This document shows, piece by piece, positions 26,601-40,866 of a stretch of 64,000 nt of DNA. Location: positions 1 to 64,000 of the forward strand of contig KZ538417.1 of assembly GCA_000934665.2 (NCBI GenBank), in the 5' to 3' direction. The stretch's first letter is position 1, and each line of letters opens with the position of its first letter. The notes beneath the pieces are model-generated. The model was not told the origin of the DNA, ran no database searches, and was given only the letters and a program-made list of their open reading frames with translations. This DNA comes from Catajapyx aquilonaris (lineage: Eukaryota). Both the position numbers and the translations under genes were made by a program.

Positions 26601-29600
26601 GTTTTTTTTTGTCCCTTCTTCCCATCGCGTCGGTTCTGATCTATTTGGCTGAAGTTCTGCATCAAAGCCTGCGAAGTATGGAGCGACACCCCGCATGATT
26701 TTTCCATTACCAGACATTGTAGGTCAAATGTCCCATTATCTCGGGGCATTTTAATACTTTCCAAGAGGTCCCCCCCCCCCCTTCCTTCTCTGTCGGCTTA
26801 ACACTCTTGAGAACTTTGCGTCGATATATTGACGAGGCTGGAATTCCTGATGAGCGAATGAAGGGTGGGGGAAAAGGGGGGGTTTCTCTCTACCAAATCT
26901 ACTCTCTCAGCTTCCTTCTGGCTCCTCTCGCAAATTATTAGATGATGCAGGCGAAGTCCATCATCGGAGTAGACACTAAGGTATACCTATTACACGGAGC
27001 TAATTATTTTGCGACATTATGAGAGACACTGCTGAAACTGGAGAACATTATTACGAAGAGCTATTAATACTTTAAAAAATGATCTGAACTCTATATTACG
27101 CAGGGTATTAATTTTTTGTGAAAGAAATCGGTCTCTGAGAGTTGGTCAAAATATAATTGTTATTTAAATACCCTGCCAGGAATATTATTTAATATTGATG
27201 AGGAAATGTGTGTCATAGCAAACAGTAAAAATTTTACAAACGAAGGGGTCATATTTTAGGAGCATTTGCAACAAGCCTGGTGCTTTAAAACCACTCGTTT
27301 CCAGCCGTAAATTCCTGCACTTATTGCGTTAAGTTTTTATAATTAATATTGATATAGGCAAAGCCGATATTACATTGGCGTGATGACAATCCCGGTCAAT
27401 TCAAAGTGATGTAATTCGCGTTTATTAATACCCAACCCTGCTGTTGAAACCATTACATGAGGTTGGTGGGAGAGGGGGTTATAGGGGGGATGGGGGGTGG
27501 GGGGTGGGGAGGGGTGGAAAAATGAAAATATCCAACACTTACATCAACATAATTGCTGTGATGCCAAATGGTCCATTTCACCAGCAAACCCACATCGTAC
27601 GTCACTCACTATCACGTGTGGAACGCGACTGCAAACAAATATTCGCAGTATTTGTCATGCGCCAAAAATGTACTAACCAATTACTCGAAACCATATAGTT
27701 GAGTGGGTTCAACCGTCGGATTTATTTTTGAAAATATATATATATTTCTCTTTATTTTTGATGTCATTTATTATGATGCGATCTGACTGTTTTGTTTAAC
27801 TAGCATAATATGATTCTGTTGTACTTATTCAATTATATTTTACATGGGAATTAAATAATTGTACGTCATATGCTCTCTGTTTCACCAAGCTTTTCGCCAA
27901 ATTGAATCCAGAGAAATCAATATTGTAAACAGTATAAACATTTGTGCTGCTGGCAGAGCAGATGATTCGCAACAAATAGATGTTCAGTGACACGCAATTA
28001 TGTATCATGAAAATTTCAGCTAATGAATTAAATATGATGGATGCGAAATGGCGCTGAAATCTAGTGTGTCATAACTCCATATTTGCATTGATATCGAATG
28101 AAGGATTTGAAATTAAATATATTAATTCATACCATTTAATTTCCTTACATGAACAAGAAAGACAATTTATTAGTGAAGAACGTGACACGAATAAAATGAA
28201 AACAATATTATTGTGTGGTTTTACCGATAATTTTTCGTAGGTCCATATACCTAGGTAGGTGAGATTACATTTTACATTACTACAGGAGTTACAGAAAATT
28301 TAAGCAAGTAACACAAGTATGACACTTTGCAAAGAAATGTTATGTTGCGCAATTTTCCTATCAAATACACATTATAATCATAATCAACACGATAAACTCC
28401 AAATCATCAAATGTTTGACTATCAGCATTAAATATAACTCACGTAAAACTGCCCTGGATAGCAATGGGCATAAATTTACTATAATATAATTAAATAACAT
28501 CCGATATCGTTCATAATTGTGATTTTATTGCACAATATTTCCACTAACGGCCGTTTCAGGATTGATAAATGTAAATGTCACATCCCAAATGTTAAATTCA
28601 TGTAGTTCCAAGAGACTGTAGTGAGGGGCTTAACGTGAGTGCACAGCTAGGAGTGTAAGTAGCTGCAGGTATACTCTTACACTCTATTTCCTGTGCACTC
28701 ACGCATACTGTTTAATTCACTGCTGGAACTTTCCTGCATATTGTGCAAAAAAAGGTATAAGTAATATTTCATACGCACTCGGAATATTATGCCTTCCAGC
28801 ATTTCAATAATTCAACTGTAAGATGTAATGTGACATTTTCCCAGAAGTTCAGTAAATGTCTGACTTGAACTGGAAAACATGATTGAAGTAAGCAAGATTG
28901 TACAGTTCCATTAACTTTACCTGATCCTTGAATTAACCACATGCAGTACCGCCATTGTTCCTTTTTTTCCCCCCTTCCCATGTAACCACGGCCGCAGATT
29001 TATTGCAAGAAGCTCTCATGTAAAGCGAGCCTTTATCTTGTGCAGGGTGAGCAAAAGAGGTGGGAAAAGTGTGCGCTGCCAACAAGTGTGTTTCCTCCTG
29101 CTGCATGTCTTTGGATAGGAGGGGTTGAAAAACCAGAGTTTCTGCGCAGGACTCGTTTTCCGCTTGAATCCCAGCAGAAGAGAGGGTCTTGTGCACATCA
29201 GACGAAGAAGATTTTCCTCCAGGGGGTGCAACCGCACTGATTTTCCCCCCCGTCTTAATTCAGCTCTGGCTTGATGCTGCTCTTTGCTGTGCAGAGATGC
29301 CAACTTGTTCATCGTTATACTTTGAACCAAGGGTTTTTGGAACCCGCGGTTGAAATCAATAAATCAGAGCGCCATTTTCCATGAGGGGGGGGGGGGGGGG
29401 GGNGGGGGGGGGGGCTTTTCCAAAATTGATATTTTATTATTTTTTTTGTGGGGGAGGGTTGTGTCACGCACACTGCGAAAATTAATGCGCAGTTTTTTTT
29501 TGCTCTCCTGCTGCGCTAATTCCCCCAATTTGTCAATCTTGCATGGGACAAATTATCCCTGAACACCGCCACCAATGGCGCGAATTAACGCCCATTAATT

Positions 29601-32600
29601 TATTGAAGTCCCTAATTTGCTGGTTGCTGGTCACTCACTAGAGAAGGGGGGGGGGATGCATAATTACGAGTCTTTTCGACGCCCACCATTATAAATAAGC
29701 TTGTCGCCAGACGAAAAGTTGGCCGGAAAAGTTGGATGAATATTCACAAAAAAAATTGCTATATCTTCGCCATTTTCTTTTGATCATGCTATATATTCCA
29801 AGAAATGCGAAATGAGCAAGGTAATATAACCTTCAAGGGATTTTGCCATTGTGTGTATCCGCGAATAAATTAGTGCCGGAGGAATGAGTTTTCTCCGGTT
29901 TCAAGCTAATCGCGATTGCTATAGATAGAGCATTATTGCAAAACCTTCTCCCGGAAATAAGAGCCGTGGTTTTTCCTACAAAAAAAAATAAAATATCTGA
30001 ATGGGGCCTCCCACGATTCACTTTGGGTTTGCAGTCCTAAATTCGCCCAAAGGGTTTCAAATCATGCGTTTCGCCTCAAGTTTCCAAACCCACCCCTTTC
30101 TACTATAGGAGAGAATTGATATTCAAGGCATTGTAATATCCGCCTCCAGGATTGTTACATTCCACTTGAGAAGACCGCGTTATTACTATACTTTGCGAGT
30201 TTTGCAGTGTTTGCGCAAAACAAAAACGAATTCGCGGGCCAATTTCTGAGTCTGTCGTCAAAATATGTACAAATAAAAATAGTGTGCGCACCATCTTTTT
30301 CAGGTTATTATCGATTGACAGTAAATTCATTTTCTCATCTGAGGTGGTCAATCACGCCTAGGTTATCGCTTTTCTAACGAGCTTTGCAGTGTTTACGAAA
30401 TAAAATTTATGGGGGAAAAAATGTGTGAAATACTTGTGTGTGCTCCCAGGTCATTTTTGATTGACAAGCGTTAGTTTTCTGGCCCGAAGCTTTCCAGATT
30501 TCGAGTTTTTCCTCCATATTTTTTTTTGGGTGCCCGTACAACCTGGGCTTCATCCTTTTTTTTTCTTTCTCTCTCTAAGTCTTTTCCTCGCTTCTCCTGG
30601 AGGCATCCGCAGCAGCCTTCGGATTCAGTCCCCATCCCGACTTGCTCAATCTCTGTCAAAATGGCCTGTGGTATCTGCCGCGATGTTTGCCAAGGAGAGA
30701 GAGAGAGAGAGGCCCGCGAGGATTGGGTGGGCCACCCCTTCTTCAAAAAAAAAAAAAAAGACCACCCATCCTCTCGCTTCCTTAAAAAAAAAAACTTCCA
30801 CTTCCAGGACCCAATTCGACCCTTAACAGACACACAAGTTTCTTATTTCGGCGCATTGCCTTTTGTGTGGTCCTGGCCGGCCTCCTTTTCTGCAGAATTG
30901 TCTTTTATTCCGGCTTTCACTTGATTGTGGCCGCTTCCTAGGCCAGTCGTCTGCCTGCCTGCCCCCATTGCAATTTTTTTTTTCGCCACTCAGATATTGC
31001 ACAAACAAAAATATGGCAGAACGCAATTTTTGCTGGAGCAACAAATATTGCAACGGGGCCGCAATAGCGTTTGGGCTCTCGAAATGCAATACATGCTGCA
31101 AAACCTATAGTGTTCCAAGACTTATCACCTAAACAAATGATAGGATTACAGGTGCAGAAGTGAGTTGTAATCGCCTTTGAAATGACACTGGAGAAATTTG
31201 GATGCCAGAAATGAATGTCCTTCTCTCCTAGGCTGGCGTGTAAACTACGCCAGGAGGACTAGTTAATGGCATCTGAGGGCGATTAGTGCAAAGTCCTTTG
31301 CAGGCAGGCGCAGTTAATTAGTCAGCAGCCATTTTCATTGATCACTTGCCCCCCTCCCCCCCCTCCCTCTCTTCTTATCCGTCCGTCTCGTCAAGAGAAA
31401 TCCGGGGCATCCATTCTCAGATTGCCTAATTTCCTTGTCGGGGTCTCGTCTCGGAAACGTATTTTCCAGGGATTTTGCCTCTAGGGGCGCATATTAGGTT
31501 ATTAAGGAAGAAGAAGAAGAAAAAAAAAAAGCACGAGAATTTTTTTCCGCTCGATCTGTTGGTTTCACTGTACATCTGTCCTTTCATCTCGCCTGTCCGC
31601 AGTGCCTTTTATTGAATCAAAATGAGATAGAAAAAAACATGCTGGATATGAATATCAAAAAGGAATTTTAAGGATTTAGAGTTGGAGAAAAACGTTAATT
31701 AGGTAGATGTGACTAATGCACTTTAGCTGGAAAGAATTTTTCTGTTTTTAATCATGGTTTTGCTAGACTTTGGCCTTTTTTGCTGACATAATTATTAACG
31801 GTATGTTAACCACGCTTCAACAAAAATATGTCAGTCTAATACTGCGCAGGAATTCATAATGACCGTTTTTTTTGCATTATCTTTAATTTAAATCAGCACT
31901 ATAGGTCCTAAACGCTCCAAGCAACGAAAAAAAAAGTTCAGTCTTCGTACACGCTTATGTTAATTACGAACCAAAGCACACGTTTTTGCAAGAACGAATC
32001 TATAATTATATTTTCTCTGTCCTTCCTACTCTAACTGGCATAGTTCATAATTACAATTTTAAATGTATGCAAGCGGTAGAAATTTTTAATTATATTTTAA
32101 AGACACTTGTATTTGTACATGAGTGGCTTTTAACACTACACCAGTAATAATATGCTGCATGTGAATTTATAATGTCTTACTTTCTGTAAAGATAGATTAG
32201 GGAAGCATGTCGATTATCATCATAATCGTAATCATCACAGAAGGCATAAAATATAGTGAAAAACAATATATTAAAACTAGTACGAAATTAAAATATATAA
32301 CGATGAATATGTGATTGAATATGATTGCTCAATAAATTACGTTATAAGGTAGTTCCCAAATAAATTACAAATGAGTGATAAATTGTTTGCAAATATTCAC
32401 TTCACTGTAACTCCAACTTCAAATTTGCTAATGATCGGATACTGAAATGTATTAAATTAAAATTAAATAGCTGCTATACAGTATAAATTAATGAGATTTC
32501 AAAACTATGCACGCTTTTACATAGAATTTTTTTGATGATGAAATTTTCACCTCCCTTGCCATAATGCAAAGCATGGCTAAAATTTGCAAGATAAGTGACC

Positions 32601-33581
32601 TGAAAAATGCGATTTGAGCTCCTCTCTACGTCTTTTCTTGCTCCTATTTATCCTCATGATGGGATTGAGTTATAACCTAATGACGACCTTACACTTTGCA
32701 GGGAGCCACCAACAGATTCTCAATTTCCGCATCACTTCACTCCTCGTCTCTATCCGGATATAACTTTTCGATCGTGCGCATTTTAGCACTTTTTCTTTGC
32801 TCTTGCTACTTATACACGCGATGAGGGAAAAAAATGTGGGGGGAGGCTTGGAAATAAATAATTACATGGTGGAAAACAGTTGCTGAGGTTTGCCGATTAA
32901 TTCTCAGCTCGCATAGTGTGAAAAGACGACGGGATTTACGGAGCATTACGAATCGAGTCGGAATTTTTTAATAATGAAAACGCGCTTCAGATGGTAATTA
33001 ACCATTTTCTTGGCTCGTTTTTTATATGCTGTTTAATAAAAATCCGGCTTTGTTGGCAAAAAATCTCAGGTTGTGAAACGAAGAGAGTGGAAAGGAGGGG
33101 TTCAGGTGCCGGTCTTCTCTGGCTCTGATTGAATTAGGTAGGCCTATTTGTTAGTCACAGGGATCCATTACCGCAGACCTCATTATCTCGGGCTAGGGAA
33201 GGACCTATATATGTGTAGTATAGTTGAACACTGGAAGGGCAATTAGCAAGGCTGGCGTTGTCATGGAACTTCCCAAGGCGTGATCCAAAAGGCGACGTTA
33301 CAACTTGAGACTCTCTGCTTCTCTCAAGTCATTAGGTTCCCCCCCCCCCCCCCTTTGTTTTATNGGGTTTGACATCCAGTTGGAAAATCACCTCAGCCCC
33401 TTGGATACACATTGTTGCTGAATTGTGTTGGCGAAATGTCCTTCATAGTTTCTGGGGGAGGCATTCAGTCTGAGTTTCCAGGCTTGAATCAGAAGGAAAT
33501 AAATAGTTTGGGAGAGGACAACGTGAATTCAGCGACGAATTGTTGCTTCAGAAATATTTTAATACTGGGCTAGGTTGCCTC

Positions 33582-33750
33582 GAACCCGTTGCCAAATTTT
33601 GGCTTGGACCACCCCCCAACTTGGACATAGTGCGATAGGCCACTACCAGTTGGCGCATAGGCTCATCCTCAGCACACTCCTGCCACTGTCAGGGCGAAAG
33701 TAGTACTTCATGCACGTTGGTGATGAGTCACCGCTTGGACAAAGTCCACC
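33582..33750 (+). mobile_element. Family A copy
   Basis: gaacccgttgccaaattttggc...cagcacactcctgccactgtcag...gatgagtcaccgcttggacaaa. Confidence 0.75.
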
Positions 33751-35116
33751 AGGGCTCTAATATTGCTGAACGGAAAAAGTGAAAGCTATGTACCTATAGC
33801 TGATGAGTCAACTTGTTTTACGATAGGCCTATATGATTAGTATTAATTTGTTACAATTAGTACAATCCTGTAATGTTTGTAACCATGTCTGTTTCCTGCC
33901 CAAAATTTTCCTCCAACAAACCTCAGTCGCTTCCTCCTTTTATTTTTTTTTTATTTCCCCTCAGCTTCCACCCTGGGAGTGCAGATTACAGCTAATACAG
34001 CTGAGTAGCTGATGAGCCCGACTATCCCACGCGGCGATGTTTCGTGAGAAAACGGCCACTTTTTGGCCCAAAAGGTCCCTTGTTTTGCACTAGTCTTAAG
34101 TGGAAAAAATGAGAGGAAGTGCCTGGAGTGGGGATGTGGATAGGAAGGGGGAAGGGGGGGCATGGAATTTCCCTTCTTCCGCTGGCAAACACGTCCACCA
34201 CTTTTCCTCTTTTTTTTCTTTCTTTCTTCCAAGACTCTTTTGCGGGGAAGGGCAATATTGGCATTTCCCCCATGGCGTCCTCAGACGTCAGCAAGAGGAG
34301 AGACAGAGGAAGAGCCGCGGCTTTGACCTCGGTAATCCGATAGATGAAGGGAAGAAAAAAAAATGGGTGAAGCAAAAGGAAGCCCGAAAAAAAGAACAAC
34401 CCCATAAGATTCCTTCCATGCCCGGTTGCGGCTTTGCCCTGAAGAAAACTCAACCCAGATGACTAATGGCTTCATTTCACACCCGCGACTCCGCATTTTC
34501 CAAATCGTTAAGAAAATTAATTAAAAAAAGGGAAGCTTTAGCTACTTTTTTTTCTCTCTCGCTGGAGAAGAGCAAGGCTCCGTAAGTTTCATATGCCTCA
34601 ATTAATGCGCGTTGTCGCAAAGAGAACCTTTTGTTACAACTTTTTCGTACCTCTACTTTTATATAGATGGAAAAAAAACCTGGGTGATAACGCCTTTTTT
34701 TTGGGAAGATTGTAGACAAAAGGAGAGTGTGTCGTTACATTCTCTTTTCAGATAATCTAACAAGGGTATGTGTGCATTGTCTCGAGCCTGGTATATTAAA
34801 TGTAACCTTATCAAAGGCTGGAGATCACATTAGCCAGTTTTCTCAATGTCGTAAGTCAGAACGATAATGTAAATGAGGTTCTGAGATGTACTGCGAAAAG
34901 TTTGCAGTTGTGATAATGGGCTAGGGCATTAATATGTTTCAAATGTTTTAACTTCAGATAGTTTTTTGCACTGAGAGAATCGACCTAAATCATAGTTTTC
35001 AAAAATCAGTTTTGAGATAATCCATGACATGCTAGTAGGACAGAAAATCCTGTTTTCTGGCTTATTACTAACATTAATTTAGGAGTAAATGGACTTCATT
35101 AGACAATACAGCATAA

Positions 35117-35234
35117 CCTCCTGAGACCCCTGGTACAGTATACTGTACCTTTGTTTTTTTACGCGTTTGAGTTAGTCAGAAGGTGCTGGAAAAAAAACAG
35201 AAGTACAGTATACTGTACCAGGGGTCTCAGGAGG
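35117..35234. mobile_element. piggyBac-type MITE (118 bp)
   Basis: Perfect TIRs of about 32 bp, CCTCCTGAGACCCCTGGTACAGTATACTGTAC, flanked on both sides by ATAA (a variant of the piggyBac TTAA target). CC...GG termini. Confidence 0.8.
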
Positions 35235-38157
35235 ATAACAGTCAAAAATTTAATGCCTTGATCTCTTACGGTAATGATATAAAACCTGACAATACCTACA
35301 TGTTAATATGTTCAAACAAAATATCTCTTTAGCATCGGGTCATTGACACGCACAACGGGCCAAAAAAAAAAACCCTGCGGACATTCCCTAATCTTTTTGT
35401 CCGTTCTCTAAGTCATCCGAAGATGACTCTCGGGGCCTCCTTTGGTTATCTCTACCCCAGCCTCTATAACCCGTCATATTTCTCTGGAGCGGAAATCACT
35501 ACATTTCACCCCCTTATCTTTTGTCAGCTGGGGACAAGCAAATGGAGAAGTTGGCCTGCTTCGGACTCCAGGCATTTTTATAGTGTAGCAAAAGAGTGTC
35601 CGGAGACTTTTTGCTTTTGTCTCAGACGGAGTCTTTCCATTCCCTGAAACTCAGAAGACAACTCACCAGAGCTCGCTTTATTTCTTGTTTTTAAAAAAGA
35701 GCGAAGCTTATGGAGAAAACCGGAAACTTCTTTATAAATGCCAGTAATATCTACGGGACAGGTTTTTGGGGGAATTTTTTGGGGGAGAAAGAGCACGTGC
35801 CCTTTCTGGCACCTTTTAGGTTTCAGAACGTGTGTACACACTTCACGTTTTTTCCACGTTTTTTCCTTCTCAGCACACTTGTTGAACTTCCATTTTTCCA
35901 GGACGTTGTGGGAAACCGGTCTCTCTTTTTTTCCCTCCCTCTACGTATATACCCTCGAAGCCCTTTCCAGTTTTTAGTGAAGGTATCAAATTTCCAGAAA
36001 TAATGAGATTGTCGACTGAACCCGGGTATGAATTTTCAGCGAGACCTGATACCGGGTGTTATTGAGACGTTAAGTGCGCAGAGAGGGAAATAACGAGGGG
36101 TAAAAAAAAACATTTTGCGACCTTACAATCGCTGGCTGACCCCCTGTAGTGACCTTCTTGGTGAATTATTATGCACATTTCTTCACGTTTGTCAATGACT
36201 TCCACTTGGATCACTTCTACTACCTAGGTGATGAGTCAATACGGACAAAGAAACGGACAGACAGAATAAGGGGATTAGTATGTATGTGCGCTTCATGTAG
36301 ATTTCTCAGTCGATTTTGTGGTTTGGTTATACGATTGTTGGAAGGTCAATTTCAAGTTTTATTTTCAAACCAGTAGTTTCTCTCCGTTTATTCTTATTTT
36401 TTCTTCTTCTCTCCCTCTCTCTATCCGTTTGGAACTGCGGCATGGCAACTGCGTTTGGAAATTGGGTTGGGAGGCAATGTTTGCCCCTGGGCTTGGATAT
36501 TTACCGAGACTTTAACTTGCAGAGGCCTGATGCGGAATGTGAAAAGAGGAAAACGAGTCGGCGTCGGTGGCGTCGCATAGCACTAGTTGGGAGGCCCAGG
36601 CTTTTTCTCGGGCATAAAACCGTCGCGGTCCAAAGCCCATGGCAATCCCCAACTTGCCTCATTCCCAGGGATTTTCTTTTTTTCCAGGGAGGGTACAAAC
36701 CTCCCCCCCCCCCCTTGTAAAAAAAAAGAAGAGAAGGGGGAGAACCATTTTCTTTCAATCGAAGCCCAATGCGATTAGAAACATTGCTTTTTTGTGTGTG
36801 TGCCACTGCCAGCCCCTCCTTTTTTTTATTTTTCTGCCCACGGGTCGAAATCCTACAAGTTGTATGTATGTGTGACTCTAATTGAGTTCCGGCCATATTG
36901 GACAAAGAAACTGCAAGTGCTGAGAAAATTCTGCATTTAAAACATCTCATGCAATCTGCTCTGGGCTTTTTTTTAAAAAAAATATTTGGTAGCCTTATGA
37001 TTAATTTTGCCTTGGGTGCTATTAGCTCGAAATGAACCTTGCCAGTTGCAGGTGATGAAGGCAGCAGACCAGCAGCAGACTCCTGCATATTTAAAAAAAA
37101 AAAAATATGCGGAGAAAAACAAAATGTTCAGTACCTGCCGTATGCAAATATGGATCAGGAGATTATTTGGCAATAATCGAACGATGGGAAGGAACCTGTG
37201 AAAATGTTTTGACATGAATAAATTCGGGTCGCTAATGCTCGATCCCAGAGCGCGTGTGGGTGCAACAAAAACAGAAAACCTCCGCCTCTTGAACCGCGTG
37301 AACGTTTGATAATGTATTGTGCGATTATTGATTCAGTTATTACAATTCATTCGACACAAAAAAAAACCGCGACTCGCTTTTTTTCAGTAGTTTTCCATTT
37401 ATTCGCACACACACACGCGCGCGCGTCTATCGAGAGCCCGTCTCCCCTGAGCTTACAGCTGGAAGCGAGAGATTTGCATTCAATCGCAACGCTTGTTTTG
37501 GTTTGTGCTCGCCAAAAAAATTGTTGCAAGTCCTGTAAAAAAAAAAGTTGTGGCACCAGCTGTGTTTATCAAAACATCATTTCTGCCCGAATTTTTGGTG
37601 CAAATTTGCCCAAATTCGCAAACTTGCTAGAGTTAATGTTTTGTGACCGAATATTTTTTTTGTGTGAAACATTATTCCGCAATTTTTTTTTTGGCGAACT
37701 CGGCCCCATCAGAGGTTGTGAGTTAGTTGCAGCTGGGGTGTTAGGGAAGCTGTTTGCGGTTCCGGGGGCTTTTCCGATCTGCCCAACCTGCGGCTTGCCC
37801 CCCCCGCCCGACCATTAAAAGGTTTTATGTTTACGGGCAGTCGTATCCAGCTCCCGTGACAAGGCTAAGCTGGCTAGATTTTCACTTAAGTAGCCTGCGG
37901 ATGAGATGTTTATGGGACGCCGCGACTGGACCTCACGCAAGGAAGCCTATGGGACACTAGAACATCGCCACCATTCACTCAACTACATGTCGTCCCAACA
38001 CTAGAGAACACTCCGGATAGACTTCAACCGAAATCTTGAAGCAGACAGATGAAATTATTTGGTTATTTTTGACTATAATCATCAATATGCTAATCAGCTG
38101 ATTCTCTCCGCCTGCTTATTTGTCCGCTCTGATAGTACTACTAACTCTTGCACTACT

Positions 38158-38263
38158 TGAGAGTGGCAGGAGTGTGCAGAGGGAGAATGAGTCATCTGAG
38201 CGTGAAGAGTAGTACTATGGGGGTTATCGGAAGTGTTGCCAAATTTTGGCAACGGGTTCACTA
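38158..38263 (-). mobile_element. Family A copy
   Basis: tgagagtggcaggagtgtgcagagggag...gtgttgccaaattttggcaacgggttcacta is the reverse complement of the family's left part. Confidence 0.75.
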
Positions 38264-39059
38264 ATAAATATACACTAAAAGGTATCGTGCCTATATAATT
38301 CGGAAGAAAGCAGCATGCGCCATCTACCGATTTCTTTCCAAAAGATGCGAGTATTTCTCGTTAACATGACTTTTAGAAAAATATTCGCCGCCCTCTGAAA
38401 TTCTGACTTTGAATGTAATGATCGCGACTAGCAATAACCTGCAATTAATAATAATACTAATAATATATCAAACACAATATTGAAGGACAGTAAGAGTCCC
38501 CAATTAGCTGTTCTGTTTGACACTGAAATTACCGGCTGCAAAATTGATGAACATTGTTTAAACAAGATGTGAAGCATGATACGAACAATATTATAATTAA
38601 TTCATGGCTGATAGATATTGTACCCAGCAGTGTACAGATAGGAGCATGTGACTGTAGCATAACAATCGGGTTAATGGCCAGTTGTTATCAGTTATACATA
38701 CGTATAATAACATATCAGAATCACAGCAAACATAGGGGACCACTTTAATTGTCATAGCGTATTTCATTGCCTAATTTTCTCTTGATTTTTTGGAGGGAGT
38801 TTCTAGTACCAGTAATGAAAGGCGACTTTTGGTCTTTCCAAGCAGGGATGTGGGCAGTCCAGTTGTGACACGTGGCAACGCCGCTCTTTCTCTTCCTCTC
38901 TCTCTCTCCCTCGAGGACGGCTCCGGAATTAATGAGACAATTATGCCTGGAAATTCAGGAAGGAATGCTGGTGTCGGCGGGATTGGACCCGGAGACTTGG
39001 GCCCTCGGCGGCTCCCAGGCCAACTTTCCGGGGGAACCAGAAAAAGAAAGAGACCAAGG

Positions 39060-39061
<2 letters not shown>

Positions 39062-39100
<39 letters not shown>
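39062..39100. repeat. (CT)n microsatellite
   Basis: About 19 CT units; similar GA/CT tracts occur near 11426, 18892, 24056, 30695 and 55281. Confidence 0.95.
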
Positions 39101-39101
<1 letters not shown>

Positions 39102-40772
39102 ACTCAAAACAGGGGTCCCTGCTGACGTTCCTTCCCACGCAGCTCTCCAGATCTCCAATTGATTACTGCTCGTTATGACCTATTAGGCACGTTAGGCGGT
39201 CATTTAATGGTCTTGTGCTCGAAGCTCCCTGATTTTTTCCCCCAGTACTTGACGAAAATAACCCTCTGATATCACCTCCAATATTTGGACTTTTCATAAT
39301 TTAATTTTTTTACATAAAAATATGATAGCCTACTATAGACGATTTTTTACAAGCGCAATCGAGTGAGCACCCACATTCGCGCAGTTCCATTGTTCTGAAA
39401 ACATAGTACCAGTAACTCCCCATGAGCCTCTGAAGTTCATTGCAGATCCTTGGCAACGTTGCAAACGCCGGCCATTTTGTCCCCCGTCCAAGCGTAGCGT
39501 TGGAAATAACTGCAGTACACCCACTGTACAAAGACCTTACCAGCTATTATTGTTAATTCCAACCGTGCATGCTGCGCGAAATCTGGTGCGCATTCAGTTG
39601 CGCCCGTTCTATAGTCGTAACTGTTCAGTGTAGTATAGTAAACAGAAAAGCCTTAAAAATATGGAGTCCAGAGTAAAAGTGTCACACGAAGACGGAAAAC
39701 TTTTGTAACTGCCAACAGCCATCACATGTTAATTTCGAGGGGAAGGAAAAGCTTGCTTTTTCTAGACTGGAAACAAGGCAGTGTGTTTTTTTGAATGGCG
39801 GCCACTTAGGAGCATTCCAGAGGGTCTTTGGCCCCCTTAGTAATTTGGTAGCACTGGAGGACGCTTGCTTACAAGGGCCTTTCCACAAACTTTATGTGGC
39901 TGGGTTGGAACTCCAAAATGGGCTAATTTTTCAATGCCTTGGCCTGGAGAAGAAGAAGAAAAGAATTATATGTAAGAAAAAGAAGCGTCCGGTTCCAGAA
40001 CTGGTCCGGTCTCGTGTGAACAGGCAGAGTCCACCTAACTTCATTTTTGACGATCTTTTGCGATGTGGAACAACAACAGACATCCCATTTAGGATCCCTT
40101 TTCCAGACCATTTTTTTCTATTTTTTTTTCATCTGGCTACAAGTCATAAGAAGGGAAGGCCATAAATGGAAGGGCCCAGGCCGTAAACACCATAAGCGGG
40201 GGGCATTAGAGGTAAGGTGGGCCAGACGGTTCTCTCTCTTTTTTTTGGAGAAGAAGCAGAGGTTGAGGTTCCCCCCTGTTGTTCTTCTCGACGGCGACCT
40301 GGTTGGCACGTGAGCAGCAACGCTTTCTTTTTTCGGCCACATCTAGGACCCAGGAAGCGTGTAAGGGGAGGTATGGGGGTGGGGGGTAGAAAAAGGCGAA
40401 AATCTTATAAATGTTGGGGGCTGGTAGGGGCTGAGTTAGAGGGCGCCGGGCCGCCCTGGGACCCAATAAACGAGACAACGACTAAGCTCTCTCCTCCATA
40501 TCTCTTGCTCAGCCTGTTTGTCCCGACTTGGAGCCTTTTCCTCAGGAGGATATTACTTCCTTCCAACCCACCACCCCTCTCGCTCACTTTCTTCTTTTTC
40601 TACCAGTTTGGGTAAAGGTTCCTATACGATTCTTCTTCCACAACCCACCGTGAAAAACCCACCTTGATAAACTTGGCTCATTTCTCAAGTGCGTGCGAAA
40701 ATAAGGTTTATTGGACCTTTGGACGCCTCTGTGTGTGCTGTCGACAACTTCTTTGTGCAAAATGACGCCCAA

Positions 40773-40866
40773 GCATAGAATTGGCTTGAGTCTGTGCCTC
40801 TGTTTGTCCGCTGTGCACGACCCTGAGAGTGGCAGTAGTGTAGAAACGGAATGATGGACTCATCTG
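40773..40866 (-). mobile_element. Family A copy (right end)
   Basis: gcatagaattggcttgagtctgtg is the exact 24-bp reverse complement of 45599-45622, followed by tctgtttgtccg and ctgagagtggcagtagtgt. Confidence 0.8.
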
